From Acidimicrobiia bacterium (GTDB lineage Bacteria > Actinomycetota > Acidimicrobiia > Spongiisociales > Spongiisociaceae), in the NCBI GenBank assembly GCA_041576165.1, contig JBFGLM010000037.1, forward strand, positions 1 through 47,116: 47,116 nucleotides of DNA, written 5' to 3'. The position numbers were made by a program, and so were the translations under genes. This document shows, piece by piece, positions 46,433 to 47,116 of the stretch (positions are counted from its first letter, which is position 1; each line of letters begins with the position of its first letter). The notes beneath the pieces are model-generated. The model was not told where the DNA came from and did no database searches. It worked only from the letters and a program-made list of their open reading frames with translations.

Positions 46433-46915
46433 TTACCGGGATCGGTCGACGATGTACTGGACAACTACCTGGTCACCAACGACCTTGACGATGGATATGC
46501 CGCTGTGGTTGACACTTCCACTACCGGTCAAGGTCCACGTGAAGGGGCTGGCCACGAACCTGCCATCAGTCACTGAATCACCGAATTCCAGGACTGCCGG
46601 GCTCGGGCTGCTATTGAAGGACTCCCTGATCGCTTCGGGGCCGACGATTGTCCTGCCATATTCCAGGAACTCAATCTTGCCATCTTCGGGGAAGAACGCA
46701 GCGACAGCATCTCCGTCGAGGGCCGCCCAGGCTTCCTGGAAGTCAGTGGCTATCGCCTCGACATCGTTCGGACCACCGAGGAGGCCAGTCGAGATCATAA
46801 GTATGACCGCCAGCGTCACGATCACCACCGCGAGCACTGCGGCCACCATCTTCCACCGGTTGGCCGCGCGTGTATCGGATGCGGAGACGCGGGCCCGTTC
46901 ATCGGTGTGTGTCAT
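46433..46915 (-). CDS. membrane-anchored NTF2/SnoaL-like protein
   Basis: GGAGG RBS, TM segment, FQEAWAALDGDAVAAFFPEDG...GPEAIRE...GISIVKVVGDQV. Confidence 0.85.
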   Translation of the reverse strand: MTHTDERARVSASDTRAANRWKMVAAVLAVVIVTLAVILMISTGLLGGPNDVEAIATDFQEAWAALDGDAVAAFFPEDGKIEFLEYGRTIVGPEAIRESFNSSPSPAVLEFGDSVTDGRFVASPFTWTLTGSGSVNHSGISIVKVVGDQVVVQYIVDRSR

Positions 46916-47116
46916 CCGTCACCTCCATCGGGTCTTGTGAAGAATTTTCACGCCGATTGGGCTTGCCCCAGTAGGGCCGAACGCGTTGTTTGAACCCGTC
47001 CGGGTCTGCCGAGGACTTGTTTCGTGAGTCCGGCCGTGGTGGCCGGCGTGTGTGACGGGGCCACTGCCTGACGAGATGGGCTTGGGCGTCGGCGAAATCG
47101 CTTCAGCCACCCGCAA

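Noticed and set aside
46919-47116. 65-aa ORF at the window edge
   Set aside because: No recognisable motif; could be upstream non-coding sequence or the tail of a gene outside the window.

Overview
High-GC accessory-type region, most likely from an Actinomycetota genome (inferred from several apparently leaderless genes with TANNNT -10 boxes, F420-type enzyme families and SARP/BTAD regulators; Acidimicrobiia is plausible but unproven). No rRNA, complete tRNA, CRISPR array or intact integrase is visible. About 36 intact CDSs are present. Signalling genes dominate: two paralogous BTAD-NB-ARC-TPR regulators, a 1.86-kaa BTAD/pseudo-cyclase/pseudokinase/nSTAND1/TM/WD40 receptor, a MalT/LAL-type LuxR ATPase, an ECF sigma/anti-sigma pair and a ferredoxin-adenylate cyclase. 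There are also six NTF2/SnoaL-fold proteins, two intact toxin-antitoxin pairs and small-molecule enzymes. Intergenic spaces hold many gene remnants (VapC, SDR, IS5, ABM, Fic, STAND linker, lipoprotein, IS256, PPOX, USP). The most notable unexplained signals are: (i) a 28-bp tRNA-3'-end-like direct repeat, perfect at 20515 and 34580 and degenerate at 35499, that brackets a 14-kb cargo segment and a 0.9-kb vapBC cassette; (ii) the giant STAND receptor with two catalytically dead enzyme domains; (iii) apparent DNA-binding-domain swapping between STAND paralogs; (iv) a small protein with four ~29-aa F-[LM]-x-x-N-[TI]-[TS] repeats behind a LuxR-type repeat box.
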